Below, one piece after another: positions 33,061 to 46,160 of a stretch of 64,000 bases of DNA. How positions within the stretch are numbered: position 1 is the stretch's first letter; every line of letters starts with the position of its first letter. The position numbers and the translations under genes are program-made. Under the pieces are notes generated by a model that saw nothing but the letters and a program-made list of their open reading frames with translations, was not told the origin of the DNA and did not search any database. The stretch is from contig JAQGDQ010002371.1 of assembly GCA_030141605.1 (NCBI GenBank), forward strand, positions 1-64,000, written 5' to 3'. This DNA is from Tubiluchus corallicola (Eukaryota; Animalia; Priapulida).

Positions 33061-35153
33061 TGTGTTCTTTGTGTCACGATGGAATGATATGCAGTTGTTG
33101 CTAATACATAAAATTAAATAATATGTAGCGTTTTGCTACAAATATATTGCTCAGTTTTTTTATTCTATTATATTTTTCGGACTACATGACTGTATTTTCT
33201 ATTATTTCAATTGTCTTCTGTAGCTGCTCTACATAAGTGACCTGGCCTATGTAATAAGGAATCCGTAGTGTTACTAAATAGTAACGCTGTATATAATGAT
33301 TTTAGCACTAAAGAGCTCCGGTAATAAAAACGATATAGTCGAATGTGTAAATGTATCAAAAAAAGCAGTTAGTGTTTTAACAGCTTGTTCTGTTGTTTGC
33401 GGGTATAATTTCCATGAATGCAGCGCCTCTTGGGACAAGTATTCGCGTTATATACGTTCACTGTGTCAACGAAAACATGAAACGTTTTCTGAAGGGAAAT
33501 CATGCCGATTGGCGAATGCTGCATATTCGTTCAACAGAAATTACCGCATGGTTTTATTATTGTTATGATGCACGCATTTTTGGAATTCCAGCTTGTTTCG
33601 CTTGTATTTTCGTGATGATTGGAAATCGCGTTTAAGCGCGAAGCAATTTACTGAATATTTGTGTAAAAAACGTTTTTCTTCGCAAATTCGTTTAACAATG
33701 AGGACTTGCTTAATGAAAAAAAGACTTCGTTATTTTTACGCTGTTATAATTCGAAACAATTTGAAATTGAATTTAGTTTTACTATTGCACCTTCAAAAGA
33801 CAGTTTAAGCAAATGTGTGTGTGTGTTATAACAATTGCAAGTTCTTTGCTAAGTTGTCTTTTAATTGCATTGCAATGAAAAGACGTATTCGCTGTAGACT
33901 TAACACACTGTAAACAAAAAAGTTACACTAGATGACGAATATTAACGAAATCTTTGTTTAAATAAGTTTTTTGGTGCAAGAATCCTACGTGTAGAAGTCT
34001 AATGGACTTACTCAAATTAGTTGTCCGTACTTAACGATAGATTTTTAGAAATCAAATAGCAATAAGCCAGTGTTAAGAAACCTTACGATTTATACATAAT
34101 CAACAATTAACTTAACGGTTAGTTAATTAAAGAACGAAAAGGCGTTAAAATTGTGAACCAACCCATAATCGAACCCAGAACCTGATGATTATAGGTCACG
34201 CGTTATGACATTCTCTAATTGAATTTATTTTCTTCATAATTTTTGACATAACGCATATTTTATCTTGCTGTATAAATGCAAAAATTGCAGGCAAAATAAT
34301 TTAAACAGGAGTCACAATAAACTTTGATTTGCGTCTACAACACAGCGAATTGCTCTTAAATATTATAACAGAACGCCTTGTATGATGTTACAATAATTTG
34401 CGTTTATGGAAATTTATCATGAAGCCACGTGTCAGTTGTGGCTAATTAGACCGTTTTCCTAATACTGTATAGCATTCAGTATACGCTTTATGATTAATCA
34501 ATACGTATACATACTCACATAAACCAGCATTTGTCTTAGCACAACCCGGTGCATATATATATATACTAATATTTGATAATAACATATTTAATAAAGATTT
34601 GTTATAAAAATTTTGACATTGTTTTGGTACGCTTACTAAACCTAGCTGTTTTACTTAACAACAACATGAAATTTTTCACTATTCGTTGCTTAAAATTTTA
34701 TCAAGATTCGTGACCATTCGTACCTTTAATTTTAACCTTTAAAGCATTTTGCATTACTTTACTGACTTTTGCAATGATTTTTTGTGTTTCTGTCCAATTC
34801 GCTCAATTTATTCAATTCATGAGTAGGGAAATCAACTTGATGTGTTTTAAAAATAAGTTCTTTGTTTTTTTGTTGTTTTACTGTTTTAGTAGGGACGAAG
34901 TGGTTGTAAAATAAGGAAAGGATTTGAATAAATGAATTATAATTCCATCACTAGCGGCATGCAGGGGCGAACTGCACATACTTGTATTTCTATGTGCATG
35001 CTTTTCAGATTTTCAGCGTTGCGAGATATGTGAGGCTTTTTTTAAGTGCTGATACACTAACTTGTATTACTTTTTCACTAAATTTCCAAAGTTTATTAGT
35101 TAAATTTTGGAGACACATTGGTAGGGCGCATTGTGCAAACCTAATGGCATTGC

Positions 35154-35382
35154 TCTGTAAATAGAAATCACTATAAATTGGTATCCTTTCAATATTCTAC
35201 TAAAAAATATCATAAAAACTTTACAGTATGGAAGTTAAAAATCACCCAGAAGGAATTTTTCCGGCTTTCTGTAAATAGAAATCACTATAAATTGGTATCC
35301 TTTCAATATTCTACTCAAAAATATCATAAAAACTTTACAGTATGGAAGTTAAAAATCACCCAGAAGGAATTTTTCCGGCTTT
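35154..35382. repeat. 114-bp direct tandem duplication
   Basis: Two near-identical copies start at 35154 and 35268 (one mismatch seen). Confidence 0.92.
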
Positions 35383-36526
35383 CCTCCATCCATTACTGAC
35401 CAGGTTCGGTACTGCCTAACTTCAGTCACTAAATCTACGTTGTGATCACGTAAGAGTCACTCAGCTCGAAAACCCCTCTTCGAAATTGCTATACTTGCTT
35501 CTTCTATGCTCCAAGCCTAGTCTTTTGTGATTTTTTTGTGAAATTGTCTTTCTGGCGTTCGCCCAGTAAATCGTGTAGTAACCTGATGAGTATAATGTAA
35601 TGGATTACAATTGGGATGCTGAGGTGGTTTACATCCTTTTCGATTGAAATTAGGATTACTCTTGTTGTTTTAGATGAGATTGGCTGGCATTGAGGAATGA
35701 ATGTAACAACTTACGTCAAACGTACATCTGGAAAGCTATTAAAGATAAGCGCCTTTAGTTTAGTTGAGTTCCTTCGTCTCTCTAATTGGTAACTCTGCTG
35801 AGTTATGTAAAGTCCTTATAAAAATTTTCGACTTTACTTTTTTCACTTTCTAACTTATTGACCTCTTATATTTGCTTCAGTGCCTCCATTTCTAATAATT
35901 AAAAATTTCTACAAAATTTAGGTTTTTTTCTAAGTCACGCGCTTTTATGAGCGGCCCAATAAGCTTTAGCTTCCTTTCTTCTTCTCCTTCCAAAAAAGAA
36001 TTGCAACTATGCACAACGTGATAATATATATTGTTATACTTTTCTGGTATTCTACGTTTAATATGAAAGACAAAATAGTACGAAGTTTGAATATCTTATT
36101 TTTTTACTTGAGGTAAAGTTTCCTCTCCAAAGTGAGTAAGACGTCTTCTGATAAATAGCAATAATAGTTATGTAGCGCATAGCAAACCCACCCCAGCACA
36201 ATTATTATTGTTGCGCATATGAATATAGGGTAATAACTTGATCAGTTCAGTGAATAATCATGGGTGCTTCATAGATTGGGTGCTTTCACTTCTCGTCTCT
36301 TTATAAACGTTGCCCTCGAGCGTGATTACACGCAATGTAATGATACCCCGGACAGTATAATGCCCAAATGCCGGTTACTGTATGCACTCATGATTGCACT
36401 GGATATGAATATTTGATAAGAGATTACCTCTATATCCATATTACCTTCAGCAGCTATTCCTCACAGCAGACCATAATTAGAGTTGTTATTAATGCGAAAC
36501 TCTTGTATTTCGCAAGATACTACCTG

Positions 36527-37503
36527 GACGAATATGTAGTAAAAATGGTACACGTACAATGACGCAGGAAAAATGGCACGGTAAGAATGGCTCAGCTAAA
36601 AGGGCACAAATGGAAAAGTAGGAAAAAGTAGAAAGTGGTTCTCATAATTAAATAATAAATTAAAAACTTAATTAAAGGCGGGCGAACCCAATTATTGATG
36701 ACATCACAAACTAACATAATTTTCATCAGCAAATATATTCCAGGAGTGTGTTACACGCGTTTGCGAAAGCGAAAATTGAAGTACAGGGCTACTGTAAGAT
36801 ATTCAGTGTGTTGTACTAAAACTAGGCAAGTTTTAAGATAAAAATTAGAATTTCAAATTTACCGCTGTGCTACGCATGAGCTGTCGAACACGTGTAGTTC
36901 GTCACAGACTAACACATCTGAACTGAGAGGTACAGCACCTGTTTTTTGTGCAATGCGATTGCTGATTGCAGGCGCTAATGCCCGTCTAACTAACGAATGG
37001 TGAAATGCATGAAACAACGAAGAACCAGTGGCGCGAATGTGAAATTGCGTTTGTGTGGTAATAATTCTTTCACGTAAGTCATTTTTGAAAAATAGTATGT
37101 TTCATTTCAATTTTTTAAAGAGTAGATTGTTTTGACCTACAGTTTAAGATTGGATCCTGTTTAGTTTTAAGTAGTTTTTGCGTAATCCTGCTAACAAATC
37201 AACGGTGATAAAAATATAATCTCCTTGGCGGAGTTAATCATAACCATAATCTTAACTCACGAGCTGTAGTTTTTTGTACACTGATAATTGAAAGGTAAAA
37301 AAAAATAAACTTACAAACAAACAAACATACATGCGTATAAACAAACAAACAAACAAATAAACAAACAAACGGCATTGAAACTAACAGTAACCCTAACCAT
37401 AACTAGTATTTTATTAACTGTTCCATTTTCTCCTATTTTTCCATTAAATTTTGCGTCTTTTTTCCTGTACCATTTTTTTACCTGTGCCGTTTTTACCGTG
37501 CAC
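36527..37503 (-). mobile_element. Foldback/MULE-like MITE with AAAATGGCAC terminal arrays, carrying nested insertions
   Basis: AAAAATGGCAC-type units on the left and GTGCCGTTTTT/GTACCATTTTT on the right. Internal TAACCCTAACC shows the orientation is opposite to the 42010 and 61985 copies. Confidence 0.65.
36672..37170 (-). mobile_element. Non-autonomous TTAA-bounded element (Kolobok/Crypton-like), copy 3
   Basis: Reverse complement of 6049-6532, with TTAA at both ends. Confidence 0.72.
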
Positions 37504-37817
37504 CAATGATTCTTGCTGCATGTCTTTGCTTGGTGCTGAGTTCACACTTCAACGACGAGTCAAAAAGGAAAATGATTACAAAAACAAATAAAGCAGTACT
37601 TAGGCACAGCAAGTGTAGAAAGGAACAGTCGTCTTTTTAATTAAAAATCTGCAAAATCCATTTATTAAATATTAGCCATTTTTAATTAAAACAAAGCAGG
37701 TAAACATAATAAAAATATTGCTTGTAAAATAATTTGTAGTAAAGTACGAATGAGCTTTTCTAATGCGCTTTGTGAAACTTCCTACTTTCTGTTAATCGAC
37801 GGTACGCTCGCGGTATC

Positions 37818-38115
37818 AGGTTGTGGGTGAAAAGACCGCTAGTCAAAGGACCATCAGACAAATGGCCACCCGTCAAATGACCATTTGGATAAAGAACCAC
37901 TAGTCAAAGAACCACCAGACTAAGGCCCAATGGTCAAAGATTCACCTGAAAAGACAAAGGATCACTGGTCAAAGTACCACCAAATAAAAATTAGTAGACC
38001 ATGGAAATGTCAAATGAAAAACCATTTGAGATAAGTTTTGTTTTGTGCTAAGATACTTATAATTATTTGCAGTGGTTAAACAGCTAAGTCCTGTATTATT
38101 TATTTCTCAGTACCA
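37818..38115 (+). mobile_element. One arm of a MITE with AAAGGACCACTGGTC sub-repeats
   Basis: Reverse complement of ~45845-46160 (shared ccaccaaataaaaattag...aaaaaccatttgagata...ttatttgcag). Confidence 0.7.
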
Positions 38116-39209
38116 CCAGGCCATAAATACTGTTTTTTATGTAGTATTATAGACTTTTATGCAGTGATAGAATATTTCTGCTGATGTTCCGTTTTTTTAT
38201 TATTGTGTTGAACGCCGATTCTACCCTATGTGCAGGTTCTGTTGTGTAGTTTCTTCGATCTATTTGCCATGTATTGTAATATATTTGAAATTAGTTGTAT
38301 TGTAATGCGTTGGATCGTCGAAGTTTATTTATTATATCTGTTCAGTTTGAATCAAGGAAGTTATAGATTTCAGGAAAGCAACGTCCTGGTAAAGAATTCC
38401 ACATGTATATGCTAAGCATAGATTTTATACTGTTGATCATTCAAGACGAGAGACCATAATTTTTGAGTTCAGAAAAACAAATTAATTTCTAAACTGTGCA
38501 TTAGGAACTGCAGCGCTCCAACAAAATAAATATTAAAGGTGACTTTGTGTTTGCTCTGCCGTGTAAGTAATGCTTGTATGATGTTACTATGACTCATCTT
38601 TCCATGAGATACCAATGGAAAGCGCATTTATATTCTTCTTCTTGCTCCTATTCCACGTATTTTCTACTGCCTCTTTTTTCAACTCGTTTTCTAACCCACT
38701 CTCTTTCTTATGTATTATGATCGCTTAATAATCATCGTTTCCCTTTCCTTTCCGCCAATCTCTCTCAATCTCTTTTTCTTTCTATTTCTCTCTCTCTCTC
38801 TCTCTCTCTCCCTTCTTATCTTCCCTTCGACTTTCAAAAAATATCAATTTTCTGCTTCTTTTTGGCTCAGAACAACGTAAATGGGGAAAATCATTTCAAA
38901 TTCTAAATCTTGTCTAAAATATTTCAGCGGAATGTTTATTTTCATTTGTCTAAAGTTTAGTTTATAAACAACTGTGCCTGAGAAAACGTACAACGTTACC
39001 TGCAATGTATAATGGTGACACATCACTCCTGCGCCGTTATGAGAATTACGTGTCCCTTTTGACGGATTATAATTGTTAGTAGCAGGTGCATGTTCTCTGC
39101 ATGGGTGTCTTAATTAGTAGCATGCACGTGATAAATATGCTCGATCCAAGAACAAGACCTTTACTTTCGAGCAAAATCAAATGTTATATACCGCATTGCG
39201 CGCTAAATA

Positions 39210-39436
39210 CAGGGTCGTCCAGAAAAAATGTTCTTCCAAACTAACTCGTTATTTTCCATTGTAACTTCCTTAGCCTGGTAGAGGCATTTGTAAAACAGAC
39301 CTGTAGGGAAATTCATAACTGTTGCAAATAGGAGAAACCGGCTTACACGATGATCTGGATCTCTTTTGCAAACACCTTTAGACTACCAGGATGAAGGGTA
39401 ACAAGTTTATTTACAAGCTATTTCTGGATCACTCCA
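39210..39436. mobile_element. Tc1/mariner-type MITE
   Basis: TA-CAGGGTCGTCCAGAAA ... TTTCTGGATCACTCCA-TA: imperfect TIRs flanked by TA. Confidence 0.6.
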
Positions 39437-40879
39437 TATTAAATAAGCCCATTAGTCAGTTGGTAAAATGTCATTTATTTTTGGAAAAATTACGTTTAAC
39501 TAAGAGAAGCAAAGTAGAAATTCTTCTTCATATGTCTTTATGTGATGTAATTCCGAAGTAAATTTAAACTAAATCCCAGAATGAGAAAATATCAAAACTT
39601 GTTGCACGTTTTTTGCTTTGGATGTTAGATTCTGTAAGTATAACAGCAAAATTTTGAAAACAGAATCATTTTTATTTTCTATGTTAAACATAAGGCTATC
39701 GATAGTATATAAGAATAGCTAGCTTGTTAACATTAAAACGGTTTATTCTGCTTGCCTGGCCAACTCTTTCACATTCAAACTATGTGTTTAACTTATTTCT
39801 GTTTATTTTTGTTACATCAGCTATACCCAGGGGTTGACCAGTTCATTACGCAGAGTTACCCATTTGCCTTGTTTCTGACGGAATTCACTCATCAATTTTA
39901 GTATCACACTGACACGGTTTAATTATCAAACCTAAGGTACCACTGTTAAGACGGTTTGCTCAGCCAACCAGTTTATTTTTTCCACTGAAGCAGTTTTATT
40001 GTCACTCTGTATTTGCCTTCTTAAGGTGAGAGTGTATTTTCAGTTGATTTTATTCATGTATAATGTTAATTTTTGACATGTTTATTTCAACTGTTCTAGA
40101 AAAGCAGATTCTTCACACTGAAATGATTCATTTTTGCCGTTGTTGTGTTTATTTCGGTATATTAAAGTTTTACAGGCTTATATTTTTTCCAAAAACGAAA
40201 AATGGCCGAAACTGTCATGTTTAACTAAGCCAAAAACAATTTAACCAGTGCATTAAAAAGTGATAAAACAGCTACTTCTGCATTTGTTAGGCTAAAAGAC
40301 TTTGAAGAATAAACAGGAAAGTAGAGATTCGAGATGTTGTGTCATATTCAAAATAATGTATTGTACTGTAGAGAGCTACTAGTTATAAGTTCTGTAGAAT
40401 TTATGAAAGTTTTTGCAGTAAAAGCTGCTGCAATGCAGCAAGAAGATTACTGGTTTTATTATATTAGAGCTATGCAAACTTCTCCCAAAAGCACTGTAGT
40501 TTGATCTAACGTGAAATAGATTACAGCTTACTACCTACGATTTTTCCATTGCTATGCTGGTTGCAAACACTTATCGCTGACTAAAACACTTGTGTCAAAT
40601 CCAATATCCTTTAAAATCTGTAATTTTAAATTTCACACATAGTGATCATCTATAGAATCTCAACAGCTGCTGCTGATTGATGGTGACGCTGTCTTTCATA
40701 TGATGGCGGCCGTGATTATGTGTTTATTTGATGTTTTGATGCTGTTAATTTTCAAAATGGCAAAGGAAAAAGAATGTTGAGAACGTTGAATCTTTTTAAT
40801 CGCGACAGTAGCAACGATAATATTAGATATGACAACGTATACTTTGGGCAAAATTAATAAGTATAATTACGCGTGCATT

Positions 40880-41990
40880 GTCTGTCGTAATGCTCTACAA
40901 AAAAGCTACTATAACATTGTAAACTCACTTTCAAAGCTTTCAAAGAAACAAGTATTTATTCTTAGTTGTGATTTTAATAGTAGATGTAGCGTTGACTCAA
41001 CAACAAAGACGACGGCGTTGATAACAAACTTTATCAATGTGTTTCTACTTTAGCCAAATGTTAAATGAACTCACTCGTATAACACCATTACTGATTCCGT
41101 GGAATTATTTACTGAGTGTTACACTTCAAATCTTATCAGTAATTGTGACCACTACCCTATTTTCTGCAACTTACAGTTGAAAGTGATTTTCAAAGAAAAA
41201 TATGTAGATATGAATTTTCACATTGGCCCAGCTTGAACCAGGCAATTACAAACACTGACTGGGATGAAATAATTTCAGTTTCTGACATAGACCACATATG
41301 CACACATTTTAGTGAAAAGTCGCAATCATTATTAGATAGTCATATCTCATCATTGCATATAACCATAGAGACAAACTTTGTAAGAATTCCAAATGTACAA
41401 GACTCCGCCGGGTAAAAAATCGGAAATTGCATAAATTTAAGCAAAGATCAAATGATGAAACTAGACAATTGTATAACATCGCGAGAAACGAGTACGTATA
41501 AAAAACTCGCTTATCCGAACACCTCAAGTAAAGCAGAGTGGAAAATACCTAAATCAGTTTATGCGCGCCAGTGTGCCGCCATTATTAGAAGGGATTAATA
41601 TAATTACAATTGACGTCAATATCTTGAACAGCTACTTTTCGGAACAGTCAACATTAAATGTAGAATCAAGCAGCAATTGACCTCCACTACAAAAGCTAGC
41701 GTGACAGCCATAGCAGCAGGGCCTGATGGTCTTAGCAACTTTGCATTGAAAAAGATATCTAATTGCATTTTAGTCCCATTTATTAAAATTTCAAATTTAA
41801 TAACCAGTACTTGTCATAATCCTTAATAAATCACTGAAAAGTGGACATTTTTCTGAATCTCGTTTTCAAAAAATCATTTTCAAACATCTGTACAATTATC
41901 TAATCATTGACAAGAGTCTAACCAATCGAAGCTCTGAATTCAAATTAAATGATGACTCAGTCTATCAACTCTTATTAGGCAGTCTATTAA
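40880..41990 (+). mobile_element. Decayed CR1/L2-group LINE ORF2 fragment
   Basis: Frame-broken motifs in order: FILSCDFNS (GDFN), ELTRIT, NCDHYPI (SDH), LNQAITNTDWDEI, AAGPDGLSNFALKKI...ILVPFIKISNL. Confidence 0.75.
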
Positions 41991-42009
41991 CATGAATTGT
42001 CAGGCTTAT

Positions 42010-43065
42010 TAGGACATGTACAAAAACGGAATGAAGGTAAAAATGGTCCAAGTAAACATGGCGCAAATTGAAAAATAGGTAAAAATGGCACAGGAAAAAT
42101 TATATGGCGCAAGAAAAATGTCACAAATGGAAAAGTAGGTAAAATGGCACAGGCAAAAATGGAACAGAAAAAATGGCATAGTAAAATGAAACAGGTAAAA
42201 TGGCATAGACAAAAATGTGTCACTTAGTAAGATATGCTTAGGGTTAAGGTTACAGTAGAGGATAATTATTTTAGATATTTTTACATCTGCCAAGAAAGTT
42301 ATGCTTCAACATAGCTTGTTTGTTTGTTTGGCTGTATTTTCGCTGTTATGGCAAAAACTATCTAACATATTTCCAAGAGACTTTGTGAAGAAAGGCAGGT
42401 TGTAGGGTGCCAAAATGGGAATCTTTTTGTCGGTTCTTTTTTCGCAAAACTTGACCGAACTGCACGCACAAAAAACTTTCGTGAAGCACTTCACGGTCTC
42501 AGAGGGAGTGTTTAGTACTTGTTTTTTACTAGTTCCACGAGGACACACAACTACGAGTTAGTTCAAGGTTCCACTTCGAGAAAATTTCGCTTGTAAGCTG
42601 TGTAACGCTGTCTATAATCTTTGCTTATTAATGCGTCAACATTATAAGGTGACTTAGTAAGTATATATTTGTCAGTCTATTACCGCCGCCATAATTAATG
42701 GAGGAAAAGGTAGATAAAATCCCTAAGTGGAACATTCGTGCACTATTTTTTTATAAATCCATTTAGTGAACAAATATTTTGTGAGTCTTTTGATAGTCAA
42801 TATAATACCAATTTATGTACATTTTTGTATGTTTGCTTGTTTATCTCTGTGTTAAATTTTTTGAATGAAAATAATCAGGTTAATTAGATAAGGATTGTTC
42901 TGCTTTGGCAGAGATCTGCTTCCTACTGAGAACATTGAAGTTTTAGTATGGAAATCAATCGCATGAAAATAACATATGTGCCATTTTTCCTACTTTTTCA
43001 TTTGTGCCATTTTTCCTGTGCCAGTTTTACCTGTGCCGTCTTTTCTTGTGTCATTTTTACGTACA
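42010..43065 (+). mobile_element. Composite foldback MITE (AAAATGGCAC arrays) containing a DINE/Helentron-like core, copy A
   Basis: Terminal arrays are inverted and a TTAGGGTT motif is present. The core TTACATCTGCCAAGAAAGTTATG ... TTGGCAGAGATCTGCTTCCTACTGAG spans ~42280-42940. Colinear with 61985-62843. Confidence 0.75.
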
Positions 43066-44229
43066 TTCGATTTTGCTTACTGCATAGTACTCTGCACAAA
43101 CAATGTTAAAGCAGAATCATTGTAATAGTCATAGTGCAAGACAGCTAGAAAGTATATAATCTGATACAAAATTTATGCAATGTTATCGTAAATCCTCTAG
43201 AATCTGCCAAAAATATGTAACTGTATGTAGATAAATTTTAAGAAAACGACCTTGTCTTAACTCGTTTTCAAAACAATAGTTAATGAGTCGGCTTTTCTCA
43301 ATGAAATCACGATCTCAGCACTCAGCAGTCACCGATGCAGCATCAGAACTGGGAGCGTAGTTAAGCCAAATTGTACTTTCGGGTCTTCGAGAGAAACTGT
43401 ACAACATTCCTTGCTCGAGTGTCTCTTATATATAGTTAGTGGAATGAACCTTGGGAAAAAATTAAACAAGCTATTACAATAAAATATTTTCCGGTTTAAC
43501 GTAAATAACTTGACCATTCAGCTGAACATTTCAACATTTCTTTTCGGATCCTCTCGACTAAGCCACGACCGAAATGTTACATTGTTTCAAACTGTCTAAG
43601 ACCTGTATAAATTATATTTTTTCATCAAATGATTGTAACTATTATTACTAATTTAACATCAATATTTAATTCAGTATATATTACTAACATGTAATTATCA
43701 TGCTTCACATGTTGTAACTTGCATTTTTTACATTACAGCCTAACATATTTTTAATTACTGACGTAGTTTGATAAGAATAAAATAATTTATGTTTCACACA
43801 CAAAGAAAAAGGCGATGTACGTGCAGTATGAAATGTTGTAGAATTAGGTACATTATGTAACCCTGGCGTTCTGATTGTGCAGCTATTCTGTATTGATGAA
43901 AAACTATGGCTACTACGAGTCGGATAATGGTAATAACAGTCATCATCCGTTGAGACAAAAAACGTAATATAAGGAACATAAAGAAGCCACCAAGAGCTTC
44001 TTGTGTGCTGAAGCATAAAGCTGCTAATAATGTAAGCAAGCGAAGTAACAGCTTGTGTGTGGGTGATTTACATCACATTGACTGAGAAAAGCTTCAATAA
44101 AATTATGCATATACAGTATAAGGTTCTTGACTCTAATTGACGTCGCTTTCAATTTCAATTTATCTCCAGAAGATGTACCTATTAGAAGTCCACTAATACA
44201 CTGATTATTGCGTTAACACTAGCTGTCAA

Positions 44230-44525
44230 TCTATATACATATAAATATGAGAATCGAAGATGAATGCGTGTGCGCGGGCGTTTGTGTGTCCTTATTCTGT
44301 ACGCTAAGAATCACCACAGTCCTGGCAAGGTTAACGTAAAATTAGGTCGTTGTCCCTCCATATGGCGACCAAAATGTCGTCCAAAATATCACGTTTAGGG
44401 TATTCTGCTATATATAATGTCAAATGTGTTTTTAAAAATTTTAGAAGGCCCCGAGTTCGAATATTGACGTCCCACACTATCCAGATAAAGACCAGTATTT
44501 CAGGCCAAAGTGGCGTCCAAAATAA
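44230..44525 (+). mobile_element. Helitron-like 5' segment
   Basis: A|TCTATATACATATAAAT start followed by GTGTG-rich sequence. A possible 3' end lies near 46186, after the nested MITE. Confidence 0.35.
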
Positions 44526-46160
44526 CGGTTGATGGTGAAAAGACCACTGGACAAAGAACCACTAGTTAAAGGACAACCAGTTAAAGACCCAGCTTCAGCA
44601 TTTTAAAAATGGTCAAAGGTCAACGTGTCAGGAAAATGGACTGAGGACCGCTAGTGTTTGTGCTGACAGCAGCTTGAACGAAGTTACAACATATACTTAC
44701 GTTAATGTCTTACTTAATAAAATGTAGATGATAATTTTAGCCGATAATAATAATGATTGATAAAATATTTTTATCTTGTTTTATTTTCATTTAAAATTTA
44801 TTTCGTACGTTAACAATGTACGTGGTATGGTAAGAAAAGTTAAAACACCCAGCTGAACACAAGACTAAAAGATAAAAAAGCTAAGAAATTCACAAGACTG
44901 ACAACAGGTTAGAGAACTATATGCTTTAAAAATGTTAACGCAAAGTTGTTTTCATGAAGTAGGCTTGAAGATGAAGATTTTTTTGGAGTTTCTAATATGA
45001 AAACATCGTTTTTTAACAGAAGGTGGTGGCCTAATTATCGTCGCCAGCTTGTCACAGGTTTGATTATTTTTTTAAACTATCACTCGTGAATAATTATTGC
45101 TGCGCGCGTTTCAGATTTCTAAAAACAAGACAGTCAAGTCATTTCATTTGTCGCCACTGGGAAATGTTTTAATGTTTGACGATCGTTACAAGAAAAGTAT
45201 ATCATTGCAAGAAAGGTATGGCGCATGTTACTTCTGCCTGATATTAATTAGTGTCTATCATCGATGAAAGCGTACCATCTATAATCTAAACTCCATGAAA
45301 GCGTACCATTCTTATAAAAACAAACTTTGCTGTATACTACCGACTTCTTTCTTCTTGCGATAACCCCTTGGCTCCTGCGAAGTGCTGCATTTTATCTGAA
45401 GTTATTAGCAAAGAAAGATTAGTTAACAATAAAACTGAAATTAGTTGTTATGAGTTATACATGAAATGTAAACGTTGTTAGCTTAGACACACCCCAGCTC
45501 CAAGTCACAAAAACACATACTATTTTTAAATGAATATTTTCCAGTTAAATGTCTAGTGAAGTTAGGCACTGTAGCAAGAAATAGCTTTTTATTAAACATT
45601 TATTAAAACTAACCAATGTCAATTTGTAAATACAAAATACTGTCTCCAATCTGTTTTATTAAACATAATAAAGCTAAACTTAAACTTTTTATACATTTTA
45701 GAAATCTCTACAAATTTAATTTTCTTATGTTTTTCGTTTTTTGTTAATTTTCGTTCTTTAAAACATAATAATTTATTTTCTAATTGTAGCACAATTGAAT
45801 TATTCAATCCAGCATTTTTGGCATCGTGAGTAGAAGGTGAGTCATGAGAAATAAATAATGCAGAACTTCGTTATTTATCCTGATGGTGAGTTTAACCTCT
45901 GCAAATAATTATTATTTCAACACAAAGCAAAATGTATATCTATATCTCAAATGGTTTTTCGGTTGACATTTATGTGATCTGCTAATTTTTATTTGGTGGT
46001 TCTTTGACCAATGATCCTTTGTCTTTTCAATTGAAACATTGACTAGTGTTCCTTTTTCTGAAGGCTGTTTAACTGGTGGTCCTTTGTCCACTTTGATCCT
46101 ATGACCGGTGAACCTTTGTCTAATGGACCTTTGACCTGTGGTCCTTTGACATGTTTTCCC
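44526..46160. mobile_element. Foldback MITE with inverted AAAGGACCAC / GTGGTCCTTT terminal arrays
   Basis: Left array 44535-44655 and inverted right array 45995-46150; same family as 37818-38115. Confidence 0.65.
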
